Below, in pieces: positions 48,568 to 59,144 of a stretch of DNA of 64,000 nucleotides (the stretch's first letter is position 1; each line of letters starts with the position of its first letter). The position numbers were made by a program, and so were the translations under genes. The stretch is from a virus. The notes under the pieces were generated by a model that had not been told where the DNA came from, did no database searches, and saw only the letters and a list, made by a program, of their open reading frames with translations. Where the stretch lies: positions 30,887 to 94,886 of IMG/VR virus record IMGVR_UViG_3300035698_014689, one strand, 5' to 3'.

Positions 48568-49556
48568 TTGAGTTCTCCTAGCTTTTGTTTTAAGTTTCTC
48601 TCGCTTGTGTCACCTGCGTCTGTTCCTTCTGTGGGACGCATTCTTGTGATCCGTGGTATCTTTCCTTTTAACTTCTTTTGCACCTCCTTCCATTCGGAAT
48701 TTCCAGCTATGTCAATGTCATAAAAACAGACAACCGTTTTGCCTATCTCCTCCAACATGTCACATTGCTGTTTTGATAGATTCGCTGTGAACGTACAGAC
48801 GACTTCATATACTCCAAGCAAATCCAGTGATACTAAATTGCAGAAAGTTCGAAATAAATCAAACGGGCCCTCAACTAATATCACCCTTAAACAATCATGG
48901 TTAAAATTCTTACGCATTCCTAATGTTCGAGTGAATCGAGAACTCCAATAATTCTTGTAGGGCTTCTCAGACATTCCAGTGATGTCACGTCCGACCAAAC
49001 CTATGAAATTCTCAAAATCGTAAACTCGCCAACAGATTCTCTTCTCAATTTCATCCCATTTTAGATCAAAATTCTCACTCAATAATATAGGGTCTAGTTG
49101 CCTATTTTTCAAGTAGTCAATCGCATTTTTCGGCAAGTTTTTTTCTAGTTCAGCAGACCAAAAGTCAAGGGCGCTCATATCAATCTCGATAGGGTCTCCC
49201 CCAGTCCAGTCATCATAAGACTCAACAGCCCTCTTCAGGCGGGTTCCAACGTCTCCATTGTCCTCCTCCAGTATTTCCCAGCCAACCTTCGTCATCTCTT
49301 TATTCCCAGTGAGCCCTCCGATCTTCATCGGCAACATCCAAAATTCTCCGTACTCTTTGCAGGAGAAACAGCGGTAATTACTGACTCCATGATCATTGAC
49401 CCATATTCCGAAAGAAGGATGTCTATCCGTACCGTGTTCATGCGTCCAAGGGGCGAAGGGACAACAGGTCATAACCGACCTCTGTGAAATCGCATCATAT
49501 TCAGCGTCCCACAAACCCGCTTTGTTCAAATAATGGAATATCGCTTTTCTATTCAT
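48564..49556 (-). CDS. DNA primase (Zn finger plus TOPRIM)
   Basis: CPF...H..D.HPSF...CFSC, LVEGPFD and YDID motifs. Confidence 0.9.
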   Translation of the reverse strand: MNRKAIFHYLNKAGLWDAEYDAISQRSVMTCCPFAPWTHEHGTDRHPSFGIWVNDHGVSNYRCFSCKEYGEFWMLPMKIGGLTGNKEMTKVGWEILEEDNGDVGTRLKRAVESYDDWTGGDPIEIDMSALDFWSAELEKNLPKNAIDYLKNRQLDPILLSENFDLKWDEIEKRICWRVYDFENFIGLVGRDITGMSEKPYKNYWSSRFTRTLGMRKNFNHDCLRVILVEGPFDLFRTFCNLVSLDLLGVYEVVCTFTANLSKQQCDMLEEIGKTVVCFYDIDIAGNSEWKEVQKKLKGKIPRITRMRPTEGTDAGDTSERNLKQKLGELK

Positions 49557-49669
49557 GTCTCCTCGCCTTTTCTATGTCTTCCTTTGTAAATGGTAAACGA
49601 ATCGATAAATCAACATACTCTTTATCTCGTGGAGTCTTCAATGTTTCTCCAGTCGGAAGAGTCTCTTCC

Positions 49670-50020
49670 TCATAGTCCCCGTCTACAGCCCATTTCTTCA
49701 ATGAAAAGTTTCTTCAAAGACAAAGGCTTTTTCACCGAAGAAGCTGTGGTTTCCTCGTTCAACCTCATTCTCAATGTCCTATTTTTAGCTTCTAATGTTA
49801 AATTTCTCTCTCTCAACCACTCTTGCTTAGTTTCTGACTGCGTATTCTTATCCAGCAACAAAAGAAGAACTTCCTTAGTGAGCACGCTGACCTGATTTGA
49901 TTTCTTGTCAGTAGTAGTGAGTGGGATCACCTCATCTAATCCTTCAATTAAAAGTGACAACTCCTTGCCTGAGATATACTGCTCGGCAATCTCTTTTATT
50001 TTTTTCTTCCCTTTACTCAT
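49670..50020 (-). CDS. Hypothetical protein
   Basis: 116 aa; ATGA overlap with the helicase stop. Confidence 0.5.
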   Translation of the reverse strand: MSKGKKKIKEIAEQYISGKELSLLIEGLDEVIPLTTTDKKSNQVSVLTKEVLLLLLDKNTQSETKQEWLRERNLTLEAKNRTLRMRLNEETTASSVKKPLSLKKLFIEEMGCRRGL

Positions 50021-51312
50021 GCGTAACTCACCTTTGTTTCCTCGGCCTTGCCAGTGGCAGGGTCTTCAGTAACCGCTTCCGTATAATCCATGATGTCTTT
50101 ATTCCAGTTGATCAAGATATTCTTTTTCGGCCCGTCACCGTCACGAAACTTCAACATATCCAAACCCATAACATCTATCAGAGCCATATCGTCGTCCTGT
50201 TGCATTCCTATGACTATGTCAGGAGAGATAATCCACTCCTTCGCATATCTGACATTCCATCTATTTATCTTCTTTTTATCCAGCCCCTTTCCAGTCTCAG
50301 ACGCATCCCCCAATTGCGAAGTCACAATCCAAGGTATATTAGTGAAAGCCGTGGCCTCCTGCAAATCCTCAATTACTTTCACCTGTCCTCCCCAGTCCCC
50401 TCCCATCCCCGACTCTAAACGATAACCACCATCAATAATCACCATTCTAGGATTCAACTCCTCAACTAATATCAAAATGTCCTGCACCGTTCTCGCTTGA
50501 GCTTTTCCTACTAGAATGATGTCACCGTAATCAACTTTGTCATCTAGCGCCTTCTCAGTATCCTCATACCATTTTTCCTCACTGACGGAATCTAAATCAC
50601 CATCCCGCACACCTGACAATTTCAACTTGTATTTCACGCAGTCAATTCTTCGACCAATTCTCACTGGACTCATCTCAGTGGAGACAACCAAGATGCACTC
50701 ATCCTTACCAATTTGCATTGAAGCGTAATCCGCAATAATAGACAACAACCAACTTTTTCCGATTGACGTGAAACCTACTATCGTATGCAGAATACCTCCA
50801 ACCCACCCGCCTATCAAATCATTCAGACTGGGCCAAGGTGTAGCAATTCCCACCAGCCCTCCCATCGCCTTTGCTTTTTCATATGCCTCAATCCTTTCAA
50901 GCCCATCCTTCTTGTAACTATGTGGTTTCTCGACCACACGCTCCAAAAGATTCTTGTAGGTCAAAGCAAGTTTCAACTCGGTCAAAGCCGTCAGAGGCTC
51001 TTTAGACTCCAAGTATTTCAACGAGGACTCAATCAGAGGTGAGACTTTATGTGTTACGTACCTTTCCTTCATCAATGATGACAGATATTCCGTGTCTTCT
51101 GGATCGGTGTCATCTTTCAACGTGATCCCAAACCTCTCCTCTAATTCCTTTTGACTTGGATACCTCCCAGCACTCACCTCCTTTTTCAAATGATTATATG
51201 CTTTTCTTGCATCACCGAGAAAACAGTACTCATCCACACCGCAACGCTTAAAATCATTCAGACATTTGTTTCTAAGAGTATGCCCGATAACTCTCGCACC
51301 AAGTAGACTCAT
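50017..51312 (-). CDS. DnaB-like replicative helicase
   Basis: GIATPWPSLN, GFTSIGKS, STEMS, IIDG, SQL and KFRDG motifs. Confidence 0.9.
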   Translation of the reverse strand: MSLLGARVIGHTLRNKCLNDFKRCGVDEYCFLGDARKAYNHLKKEVSAGRYPSQKELEERFGITLKDDTDPEDTEYLSSLMKERYVTHKVSPLIESSLKYLESKEPLTALTELKLALTYKNLLERVVEKPHSYKKDGLERIEAYEKAKAMGGLVGIATPWPSLNDLIGGWVGGILHTIVGFTSIGKSWLLSIIADYASMQIGKDECILVVSTEMSPVRIGRRIDCVKYKLKLSGVRDGDLDSVSEEKWYEDTEKALDDKVDYGDIILVGKAQARTVQDILILVEELNPRMVIIDGGYRLESGMGGDWGGQVKVIEDLQEATAFTNIPWIVTSQLGDASETGKGLDKKKINRWNVRYAKEWIISPDIVIGMQQDDDMALIDVMGLDMLKFRDGDGPKKNILINWNKDIMDYTEAVTEDPATGKAEETKVSYA

Positions 51313-51896
51313 AAAAACCTCTTTTTATTTGCTTCTTTAATATCAGAGCGAAAATTGTGACCAATACACTTAACGGGTAAGATCGACTCCTGCACCAACT
51401 CGAATAAATTTGGGCTCTCCAACTTCATATCCTTCGTGGATATATTTGAAGTCAGGATAGTAGCCTTTCGATCATATCCGCGTTTCCGTATAACAGTCTC
51501 AACTATCATTTCCCTCTGTGAATCTTTTCCAGTGAATATGACTTCATCAATCACCAACAAATCAACAGATAACAAACGACTGTAATACGTGGTATTCAAG
51601 TCGAATAGTTTCTTATCAAAAATCATGTCAGGAATATCAGAACCCATAACGAATAAACCGAATTTCTTCAGTGGAATCAAGTCTCTTAATAAAAGAGTTG
51701 AAAGAGCCGTTTTTCCTGTGGAACGATCACCCCAAAGATACAACCCAACGCCATCCTCAACAGCCTCTTCAATCTTGTTCCGATATGCCGTGATATGCTC
51801 CATGTGGCAACACGTTTTCGGGATTATGTCATAAGAGCACTCCCAGTATAACTCAGGAATCTCCATCCTTTGTAGATACGTTTTTTCTTTTCTCAT
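51309..51896 (-). CDS. DnaC/IstB-like AAA+ helicase loader
   Basis: GLYLWGDRSTGKT, LLVIDE and TILTSN motifs. Confidence 0.9.
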   Translation of the reverse strand: MRKEKTYLQRMEIPELYWECSYDIIPKTCCHMEHITAYRNKIEEAVEDGVGLYLWGDRSTGKTALSTLLLRDLIPLKKFGLFVMGSDIPDMIFDKKLFDLNTTYYSRLLSVDLLVIDEVIFTGKDSQREMIVETVIRKRGYDRKATILTSNISTKDMKLESPNLFELVQESILPVKCIGHNFRSDIKEANKKRFL

Positions 51897-51973
51897 CTTT
51901 ATTCCTTTCTATGGCGGGGAACAGCGTTAAGCCATGCACCCGCAAAAACTTCCTCAGGTCTTCTTTCCTGACC

Positions 51974-52225
51974 TTATATTTTATTTTGGGAATCTTCGAC
52001 ATTTCTTGGCCTTTTCATTTTCTCGTCAAAGGGCTCTAAACTTATCATCAAATCATCCTCGTATCTCCCAGCATGTTTCTTGACACGAGCGAACATTTTT
52101 TTCGTGTCAATTTTCAGGACATGTTTCAAGTAAAGCTTGTCACGTGTGTCCTCGGCGATGATTTGAATTTCCGTCTCTTCGAAGAATGTCACGATCATAA
52201 TAGCTCCTGAAAATTTGTACCCCAT
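51974..52225 (-). CDS. Hypothetical protein
   Basis: 83-aa ORF. Confidence 0.45.
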   Translation of the reverse strand: MGYKFSGAIMIVTFFEETEIQIIAEDTRDKLYLKHVLKIDTKKMFARVKKHAGRYEDDLMISLEPFDEKMKRPRNVEDSQNKI

Positions 52226-52434
52226 TCACACGTCTTGCAACCGTTCCCTTCCCCCGTTCCTGAAACACAACCATTACAGGCTAAACCTCCGACCCGCAAA
52301 TTGGACATTTTTCAAGACTCTCCCTCATCTCAAAATTGTGACCGCATTCAGCACAATCATTTTCAGAGGGAAACGTTAATCCCACCCTCAGCGATTTCCT
52401 ACCCTTTCTCTTGTCAGGCATTTTTCCTCCTATC

Positions 52435-52975
52435 TTATCTGTTATCACCACTCCCTTTCAGAACTCCTCGTTCCTTTCGGGAGAACAACTTCTCAATATT
52501 CAACTCGGCTACGGTTATCAAAGCATAATTGCGATATTCCGCATATCTCTTCATAATCATAGCAATGTAACAAAGATGGACTTGGAGAACAACCTGCTTC
52601 GGATATTCAATTTCTCCTCCACTGTCACGCATGATTTTCTTAGTCGTTTCAGCGATCATGGCCACACTATGGAAAAGCCTCGCTGAAAGTTCCGTATACT
52701 TATAATTCAAAATTTCCTGCTCAATCACGAAAATTCCAAAAAGCTCACTCATATCCAATGATATTTCAGAGCAGACATTCGAGACATACCAAAGAACGTC
52801 GCCTATCTCTTTGGCTACTTCCTCCCTGTCCACTTCTCCGTTAATCTTTTCCACCACTTCTCCCGATTCTCCCACCAAACCCGGCACCGGATAGTACAAA
52901 GTTCTCTCCTATGTCAGGGTACATGGCAGTACTTCTCGCCTTCACTTGATAATCATGCCAGTCGATCAACTTCAT
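52435..52975 (-). CDS. MazG-like NTP pyrophosphohydrolase (1-nt frameshift near 52898)
   Basis: GESGEV.EK, KEIGDVLWY and N..KL.SR..RG.L.GSGDNR motifs. The real N-terminus (MKLIDWHDYQVKARSTAMYP, with RBS) is in another frame. Confidence 0.85.
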
Positions 52976-52983
52976 AAATCCTC

Positions 52984-53349
52984 CTATGTTGTCAATTTTA
53001 TATTATACCTGCCTTCCCCGTCTACGTCAACAACCATGTGAGACAAATCAGCGCAAACACCTGTCAAGTCACCTCCACTCTCTGCAACATCATAAATATA
53101 ACGCAGGCAAAGAAGCAACGCAGAGCTAATAAGCTCCTTAGAGAGGTCAGATGTCAATTGAGTGGTTATTGTGCCATCAGCTTGCTTTAACCACCGTTTC
53201 CCTTTCTTTTTATGAACAGTCAGTTCAAGCAATTTATCATCACACTCATCTTTCGGATCATACTTCCCCTCATAACCATTCCCAGCAAAAGCAAGCTTGA
53301 TCTTCACATTGTCTTGAATAACGTCCATTATTTTATCTCCGTTTCCCAC
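52984..53349 (-). CDS. Hypothetical protein
   Basis: 121-aa ORF. Confidence 0.55.
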   Translation of the reverse strand: MGNGDKIMDVIQDNVKIKLAFAGNGYEGKYDPKDECDDKLLELTVHKKKGKRWLKQADGTITTQLTSDLSKELISSALLLCLRYIYDVAESGGDLTGVCADLSHMVVDVDGEGRYNIKLTT

Positions 53350-53642
53350 GTGAGAATATCCATTTTCATTTTCAAACGAAGCTTGCCACTACTGGCCAAA
53401 ACCTCGGAATTCAGAGCCTCCAAAATAACTTCATCCTGCCCCTTCCTGAATTTAGCAAAAACAACAAGCAAATCAGCCTTATCCTTTGGTGCGTTCGGAT
53501 GATCAATGAACCAGTTTTTCTGAAACTGATTCAGAGCGGCTATACTCGGAGGAGCCATCATCTTAGCCACTTTCTCCATCCAGCCGTTTCGTTTCTTCTC
53601 AGACATGCCATTCAGTTTTTCTTTGAACTCTCCTAACGTCAT
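53328..53642 (-). CDS. Hypothetical protein
   Basis: 104 aa with RBS. Confidence 0.55.
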   Translation of the reverse strand: MTLGEFKEKLNGMSEKKRNGWMEKVAKMMAPPSIAALNQFQKNWFIDHPNAPKDKADLLVVFAKFRKGQDEVILEALNSEVLASSGKLRLKMKMDILTWETEIK

Positions 53643-53645
53643 CTT

Positions 53646-54149
53646 TCAACCCTCCTTATTTTCAACGGGAATTTTCCCGCCCATACTAACGATATCTCCC
53701 TTCACTTCCAAAAAGTATCTGTTATCCAAAAGATTATCAACATCCTTGATTTCATACGTATGACCTTTTTGCTTATCCCACGCCTCCTTGTAACCATCCA
53801 AACGGGGAATGCCCTCGTGGAACTGTCTGCTCAGATCACCAAGCATCACAGGACTCCCCTGCTTTTCCTCCATCAACCAAAGCGTATACGCCCACATAAC
53901 AGCATGAGAGGGGTTCTTACATAATAGAGCCGTGAAAATAGCGGTATGTCTCTTAATTGTGACAGAGTGATTTTCGAGCCTTTTCAGGAGCACCTGATAA
54001 AGAAATCCATCTGTTCCTCCCATAAGCTCGTCATGGACTTTGACAATCTTCTCATCATCCAGTGACCACAGCAAATCAAAAAGTCTTTTCTCCTCTCCTG
54101 TGAGAAGCCTGCATTCCACATCCAATAAACCTTGATACTGCATAATCAT
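53646..54149 (-). CDS. Hypothetical protein
   Basis: 167 aa with RBS. Confidence 0.55.
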   Translation of the reverse strand: MIMQYQGLLDVECRLLTGEEKRLFDLLWSLDDEKIVKVHDELMGGTDGFLYQVLLKRLENHSVTIKRHTAIFTALLCKNPSHAVMWAYTLWLMEEKQGSPVMLGDLSRQFHEGIPRLDGYKEAWDKQKGHTYEIKDVDNLLDNRYFLEVKGDIVSMGGKIPVENKEG

Positions 54150-54158
54150 TTACTCCTT

Positions 54159-54416
54159 TTATATCCATTCCTCCGTACAGGGACAGTTCATTTTATCCCC
54201 GTCTCGAATATCAATTTCTCCCGAACCCTCACAATCAGGACACTCATCCCACGGATCACATTCTCTACAAATATATTCAACGGGAGACTTCATCGTTGAC
54301 ATAGCAATCGCACTTATTATCATACCAAAGGTTAAAACCAACGCTCCAACTATCAAAAGAGCCAACGCAATCAACTCTAAATCTATCCCACTTAAATCAG
54401 TCATTCTTCTCCTCAT
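54159..54416 (-). CDS. Membrane protein with a C-terminal DnaJ-like Zn-finger motif
   Basis: TM helix and CPDCEGSG. Confidence 0.55.
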   Translation of the reverse strand: MRRRMTDLSGIDLELIALALLIVGALVLTFGMIISAIAMSTMKSPVEYICRECDPWDECPDCEGSGEIDIRDGDKMNCPCTEEWI

Positions 54417-54597
54417 ATAATGTTATGAACCATTCCTTGAACTCCTCAACATTTCGTGAGTCAAAAAGACAATTCTTGCAACCCTTCTCTATCTTCATAC
54501 AATTTTCCGATTGCGCCCCACCGCAGAAGTGCAAATTCATCAACTCAATCTCCACTTCATTCAACTCAGGTATTTTCTTTCCTTTATATTTGATCAT
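54397..54597 (-). CDS. Small Cys-rich hypothetical protein
   Basis: Probable start MIKYKGKK after an AGGAGG RBS. Confidence 0.5.
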   Translation of the reverse strand: MIKYKGKKIPELNEVEIELMNLHFCGGAQSENCMKIEKGCKNCLFDSRNVEEFKEWFITLYEEKND

Positions 54598-54598
54598 T

Positions 54599-56666
54599 CT
54601 ATACCTCCTGAAACGTGCATTCATGTGCACTCTTATCAGTGCGGAATTCTATGAAATCAGGAAACCTGAATTTCTTCCCATCCCACCCGTAATGCTTGAA
54701 CTCCACGACTCTTCCAAGCAACGCATCTTTTCTCACCTCATCGTCCATCTTACAACGAAAACCTTCAGGAAGCCCCACCCAGCAGACAGTGACGCTTCTT
54801 TTCTCTTGGAGTTGAACCAGTTTCACAGTGCCAACCCTCCCTGTTTTCGTGACTTTTCCCAGCTTGTGCTTCTTCTCCTCGTGAAAATCAGCAATGAAAG
54901 CATCACCTGTGTCCTCTAGTTTGATCTTCCAACCGAGCATACCACTATATTTCGTATCACCCAGTTTCAGAACATAGCCCTCCTTCGTAACGCCCTCCAA
55001 GCTCTTTAAAATCGCATTCAAGTCCTCAAGTGTGAACACCTCCACAGTGTCATAACTTTCAACGCACTCCAATTTCAGCATTCCCTCGTCCCTGAATTCA
55101 CGGATCATGTCAGTATATAACGCCTTTCTGTCCAATAGGTCAAAGTAACGAATATCCTCCCCGTTGAACATGAGCACATCATACACCACGAATTTCTTCG
55201 GAGTGTCCGACCTTGTGACATCTGAAGACGTGGAGTCGTCACAGTCAGCGCAAAGCTCCCCATCGTAAACGATTGACTCATCAGGATATAAATTGAGATA
55301 CCACTGCTGGTATTCTACCATCCAAGGCTCGGGAGTTCGTACCACGAATTGCTTATCTTTACTGGCTTCAACCCCTTTGGTTTTTCCCTCCTTGGAACGG
55401 GAAACCAACATCAAGCCATAGACTCCTAATTGCAGGGAGTAACGACAATTATGAACCAGTGCATTATTGGCGAAAAAGCACTCTGTTTTCTTCACAGAAA
55501 TATTCCACCTTCTTTCTATCCTAGTTAATCTTTCTATCTTTACAACTTCACCGTATTTAATACTTGAGGCTTTAAAAATCACAAGTGCTTTTCGTTTCTT
55601 TAACCAATAGTGAATAGCAGACTTACTCACACCATATTTTCTGCCCAATTCCGACATTACCATCCATTTCCCTTCGGATAAAAGTCTCTCATAATCTAAA
55701 ATCATTTGATTAACATCAAAATCAATTTTTCTGTGACTTGTCGCTAACCTTTTAAGATACGCCTCTCTTCCCTCAATCTGTGCACTTCTTAAATACTCCT
55801 GAACCAAAGTCTCCTTCTTTCTATGACAACTTGGACAAAGAGATTCCAAATTCTCAAGACTATTATCTTGAGATATACCAAAAGGCGTTTTATGATGCAC
55901 CACTAATAAACAATCCGAAGCAAAAACAATCAACACACTTGTTTCCATCTCTGTCCAAAGCTCTTCCACGTTGAACAAGCCAATCCACACCTCTATAATC
56001 TAAACGCCCACCCCTCCACATCGAGTTCTTTTTTCCTGAAAATTTTGCACGTCTTACTCTCGTATTATGCCCCTCTTTAACTGTTCTAGTGCGGATTTTG
56101 TATCTGCTTAGGGCATTAACAACAGCCTGACGACTGCAACCAATTAACGTTGCCACATCATCTAAAGACTCTTGCTTTCTGATGTAATGAGCAACCAAAA
56201 ATGCCTCGTTTAAACGAGGATATTTTTTCCTTCTTGTTGACTCTTTAATCGGGTCTAATAAAACAGGTCTATTCAACATTTCCTCAGCCTCAATCCATTT
56301 TCCTTCACTATAAAAGGGGTGTTGAGGTGTGCAAATTATTTTTGACACCTCTCCCTCCGACTCAATTGTCAACTCGATCCATTCAGAAGAAAGGCCGTTG
56401 TCAAACACCTTTGCTACTTGAGCATTTACTAATCTCCTCCTTTTCTTGTCAAATGATTTGATCCAGTCACCCTCCTGAATATCACGTATACTTTTATGTG
56501 TACAATTAGACATTAAGATAGGCGTATCCTCTACAAAACAACCATCCTCTTTCCTCTCCCTGACTACTTCCCCTTTGATAGGGCCTTTCTCCAACAGAGC
56601 GATCAAGTGGTCAGTGGGACGTAATCTACCCAGTGTTATTTGATTTTTATTCCTCCAGTCCATCAT
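54599..56666 (-). CDS. ATP-dependent DNA ligase with an intein (1-nt frameshift inside the intein)
   Basis: ERKEDG|CR (motif I), YDGEL, YDVL, EGYVLK and KIK motifs; two ORFs join at the A5 run at 55922-55926. Confidence 0.9.
55448..56540 (-). mobile_element. Ligase intein (about 364 aa, HNH) inserted directly after KxDG
   Basis: CFVED...CTPQHPF...CVDC/VHHK...NLESLCPSCH...ALVHN followed by C; length 1093 nt = 3n+1. Confidence 0.88.
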
Positions 56667-56878
56667 GCTTCCTCCTCAGTCTTCTCGCCCCAGTCTGACA
56701 TAAATTTCGAACGCATCTTAAAGAGCTCCTCCATGACCGATCTCAAAGAGAAAGTCAAAAAGCCTAGAACCACCGTCACAGCAGAGAACGCTGTAAAAAG
56801 AGGAAAAAACAACATCCACAAAATAAACGTGATCAAAATGCCTATCACGTACCCAAAAAATGAATCTCTTATTTTCAT
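56663..56878 (-). CDS. Small membrane protein
   Basis: Two hydrophobic segments. Confidence 0.55.
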   Translation of the reverse strand: MKIRDSFFGYVIGILITFILWMLFFPLFTAFSAVTVVLGFLTFSLRSVMEELFKMRSKFMSDWGEKTEEEA

Positions 56879-56879
56879 C

Positions 56880-57383
56880 CTACTCCTTCTTTGTTTCAGG
56901 AACCAACAACAAACCAGCGACTCTTCTCAGAGTATCAGCCAACGAATCGGGAACATGACTGATCATACAGAGAACCCCATCATCGGAAATCATAGGAACA
57001 AACGGCTCACTCTTCCCGAAAGGCACATTTCCCAAAATAGGAACAAAGCACTCGTTTACGAAGTGCACGTATTTATCAGAAGCATACGCCCTGAACGCAT
57101 CATTTGAAGAGTCGTCCATAATACTGAATGGCGTGACCTTGAATTGCACATCATTATCCAATGCGTCCTCTATCACCTTCTTCTCATGTCCAATCAAAGG
57201 GGTCTCAGGCAAAAACTCTGAGTCAGAACTTCCCCTTCGGCGAATCCATTCGATTGTGTCCCCATCCAAAATCTCCTTTGGAATCTGAAACAAGCGAGTG
57301 CCAATAAAATCGGAGAACTCCTTCACCATCACCTTTTTTGGCAATGCTTGTCTAACTAAATTTAATCCTAATGTCATTTTCAC
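56880..57383 (-). CDS. Hypothetical protein
   Basis: 167-aa ORF. Confidence 0.55.
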   Translation of the reverse strand: MKMTLGLNLVRQALPKKVMVKEFSDFIGTRLFQIPKEILDGDTIEWIRRRGSSDSEFLPETPLIGHEKKVIEDALDNDVQFKVTPFSIMDDSSNDAFRAYASDKYVHFVNECFVPILGNVPFGKSEPFVPMISDDGVLCMISHVPDSLADTLRRVAGLLLVPETKKE

Positions 57384-57387
57384 CTCC

Positions 57388-57837
57388 TCAGAAGTATTTG
57401 GAGAGTATTTGATATTCGAGCTCGGTCAATTCCACAGAGGACTCCAAAACATATGTTCGATCCTCAATATCAACTATAACAGTTTCAAAAGACCTGTTCA
57501 CAACACCACCACCCCACTTCTCCATCCAAATATCCTCAACCCTCTTCCTGTCAGGTGCAGTGATCAATTGAGTATCACCATACTCAAACCCATTATTATT
57601 GATCGTCTCACGAACAAGCCAGCGTTTCAGTTCACCTTCAGCGACCACGACCTGCTTCTGTGGCCTACGTTTTTCCAGCAGGGAAATCAGGGACATTTCC
57701 AGTAGCCCTGTCTTCTGCTGTGCGGGATTGAGGTTTTTTCCGAAAGCCAGCGCCTTATCAGAGACCTCCTTCGGAACACGAACATTCCAAAATTCAAACT
57801 CACCTTCAGCCTTCTTCCTTCCTAATTTCTTCGTCAT
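57388..57837 (-). CDS. Hypothetical protein (possible RHH-like N-terminus)
   Basis: 149 aa; NVRVPKEV. Confidence 0.5.
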   Translation of the reverse strand: MTKKLGRKKAEGEFEFWNVRVPKEVSDKALAFGKNLNPAQQKTGLLEMSLISLLEKRRPQKQVVVAEGELKRWLVRETINNNGFEYGDTQLITAPDRKRVEDIWMEKWGGGVVNRSFETVIVDIEDRTYVLESSVELTELEYQILSKYF

Positions 57838-57932
57838 TTCACGCTCCTTTTTTTAGTTGTTAAACCGCAATCTCTTCTCTTTCTTCATCAACTACTTTAT
57901 AACAATCATAACCATACGTCTGATCCCAACCG

Positions 57933-58487
57933 TTAAACACGTCTCCAATCTTCGGGGGAGTCGTCACAACCACAGGCATAAACATCTCCGTTCGGATGAA
58001 CCATCATCATATCACAGGCGCAACCCTCTTTCCCTATATCACATCTGCCTGAATTTATCAAATCTTCCCCAACATTTCGTATCTCTCTAAGATCACCCTC
58101 AGCAACAGGGGAAAAACCACGATGATTTTCTATCTTGCCTTGGGTGAAAGCCTCTATCACTTCAGGATCAATTGGATCGTGAAAATCATCCTGCGACAAC
58201 ACCACTCCTAAAATGCCCGACCTCGCCATATTCGCCAAAACAATACTGGTCTCAGTCATCGAACCATTAGTGGCAAGCCAAACAAACTCACAGAAGCTCT
58301 GGCCAAGCGATAGAAACAACATTTTCTCGAAGTTGGGGTTCAAGGTTGGTTCTCCTCCTCCGAGACTTATACTCTCAGGTTCGTGTGATAGACACGCCTT
58401 AAAGGTTTCCAAGGACATATCCTCACCCTCTTCCGTGGCACTCATACAGCAGTGAGCACACGACATATTACATCTTTCCGTAAGCAT
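57933..58487 (-). CDS. Radical SAM protein with a SPASM/twitch-like C-terminus
   Basis: CNMSCAHC (CX3CX2C), GGGEP, TNGS and V.PNGDVYAC motifs. Confidence 0.9.
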   Translation of the reverse strand: MLTERCNMSCAHCCMSATEEGEDMSLETFKACLSHEPESISLGGGEPTLNPNFEKMLFLSLGQSFCEFVWLATNGSMTETSIVLANMARSGILGVVLSQDDFHDPIDPEVIEAFTQGKIENHRGFSPVAEGDLREIRNVGEDLINSGRCDIGKEGCACDMMMVHPNGDVYACGCDDSPEDWRRV

Positions 58488-58497
58488 GATATAGATA

Positions 58498-59018
58498 CTA
58501 CACCTCCAACTTTTTGATTTTCGATTTTATCTCCTCTGCCTCAACTATCTCACTATGAAAAGCAGAGTGGCAATTTCTACAAAGAATCAGACACTTTCTC
58601 AACTCCTTTTCAATATCCTCAAATTTCCAGTTATTACTTATCATATTTCCAATCGAATGATCTTTCTTACTTGGGTCTTTGTGATGAAAGTCAAACTGGG
58701 AAGGTATCTCACTAGAAAATCCACAGCAAGGACAAAGAGGGCCACCTAAAAAATAAAGGCATTTTCTTTTTAACTTACTCCTTCTGACGGTCATCAATTC
58801 ATTAGTTCTTGCTCTATTCCTTTCTCTATAATCACGTTCATATTCAAGAGAAGAATCAAGATTATTCTCCCTTCTTTCCTTCCGTTTGCTGGCCAGTTTC
58901 ACTTTATTCTCCTCTACATACTCACGAGCCTTTTCATTTAATTTTTTCCTGTTTGCACCCCTATATTTTTTGTGCTGTTCATATCTAGTCTGTTTTTCAG
59001 GCCTTCTAAAAGTGACAT
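58498..59018 (-). mobile_element. Free-standing HNH homing endonuclease (1-nt frameshift at T5 58993-58997)
   Basis: CPCC...FDFHHKDP...KC..LCRNCH; ATG at 59018 with AGGAGG RBS and its own TTGACT-17-TATGTT promoter. Confidence 0.8.
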
Positions 59019-59144
59019 TTGAACCTCCTGTGTATAATGAAACATACCACGTTCAACTTTTTCAGTCAAATACCCAAAACTGAATAGACTTATACCAATT
59101 GTCAACACTATATACATACTTTCTCCGTGCAATTATGTGCACTT

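Noticed and set aside
54599-56666. Naturally split (trans-splicing) intein in the DNA ligase
   Set aside because: The break falls inside the HNH domain at an A5 run, the intein is 3n+1 nt long, and the second ORF has no convincing RBS or start. A single-base error explains it.
58498-59100. Group I intron in the radical SAM gene (and likewise at 35598-36366)
   Set aside because: Only about 10-80 nt of non-coding sequence flank the endonuclease ORFs, too little for a ribozyme core, and the gene starts are duplicated rather than split.
58938-59132. 64-aa ORF as a real gene
   Set aside because: It is a composite of the relic radical SAM start, a promoter region and the frameshifted start of the HNH gene.
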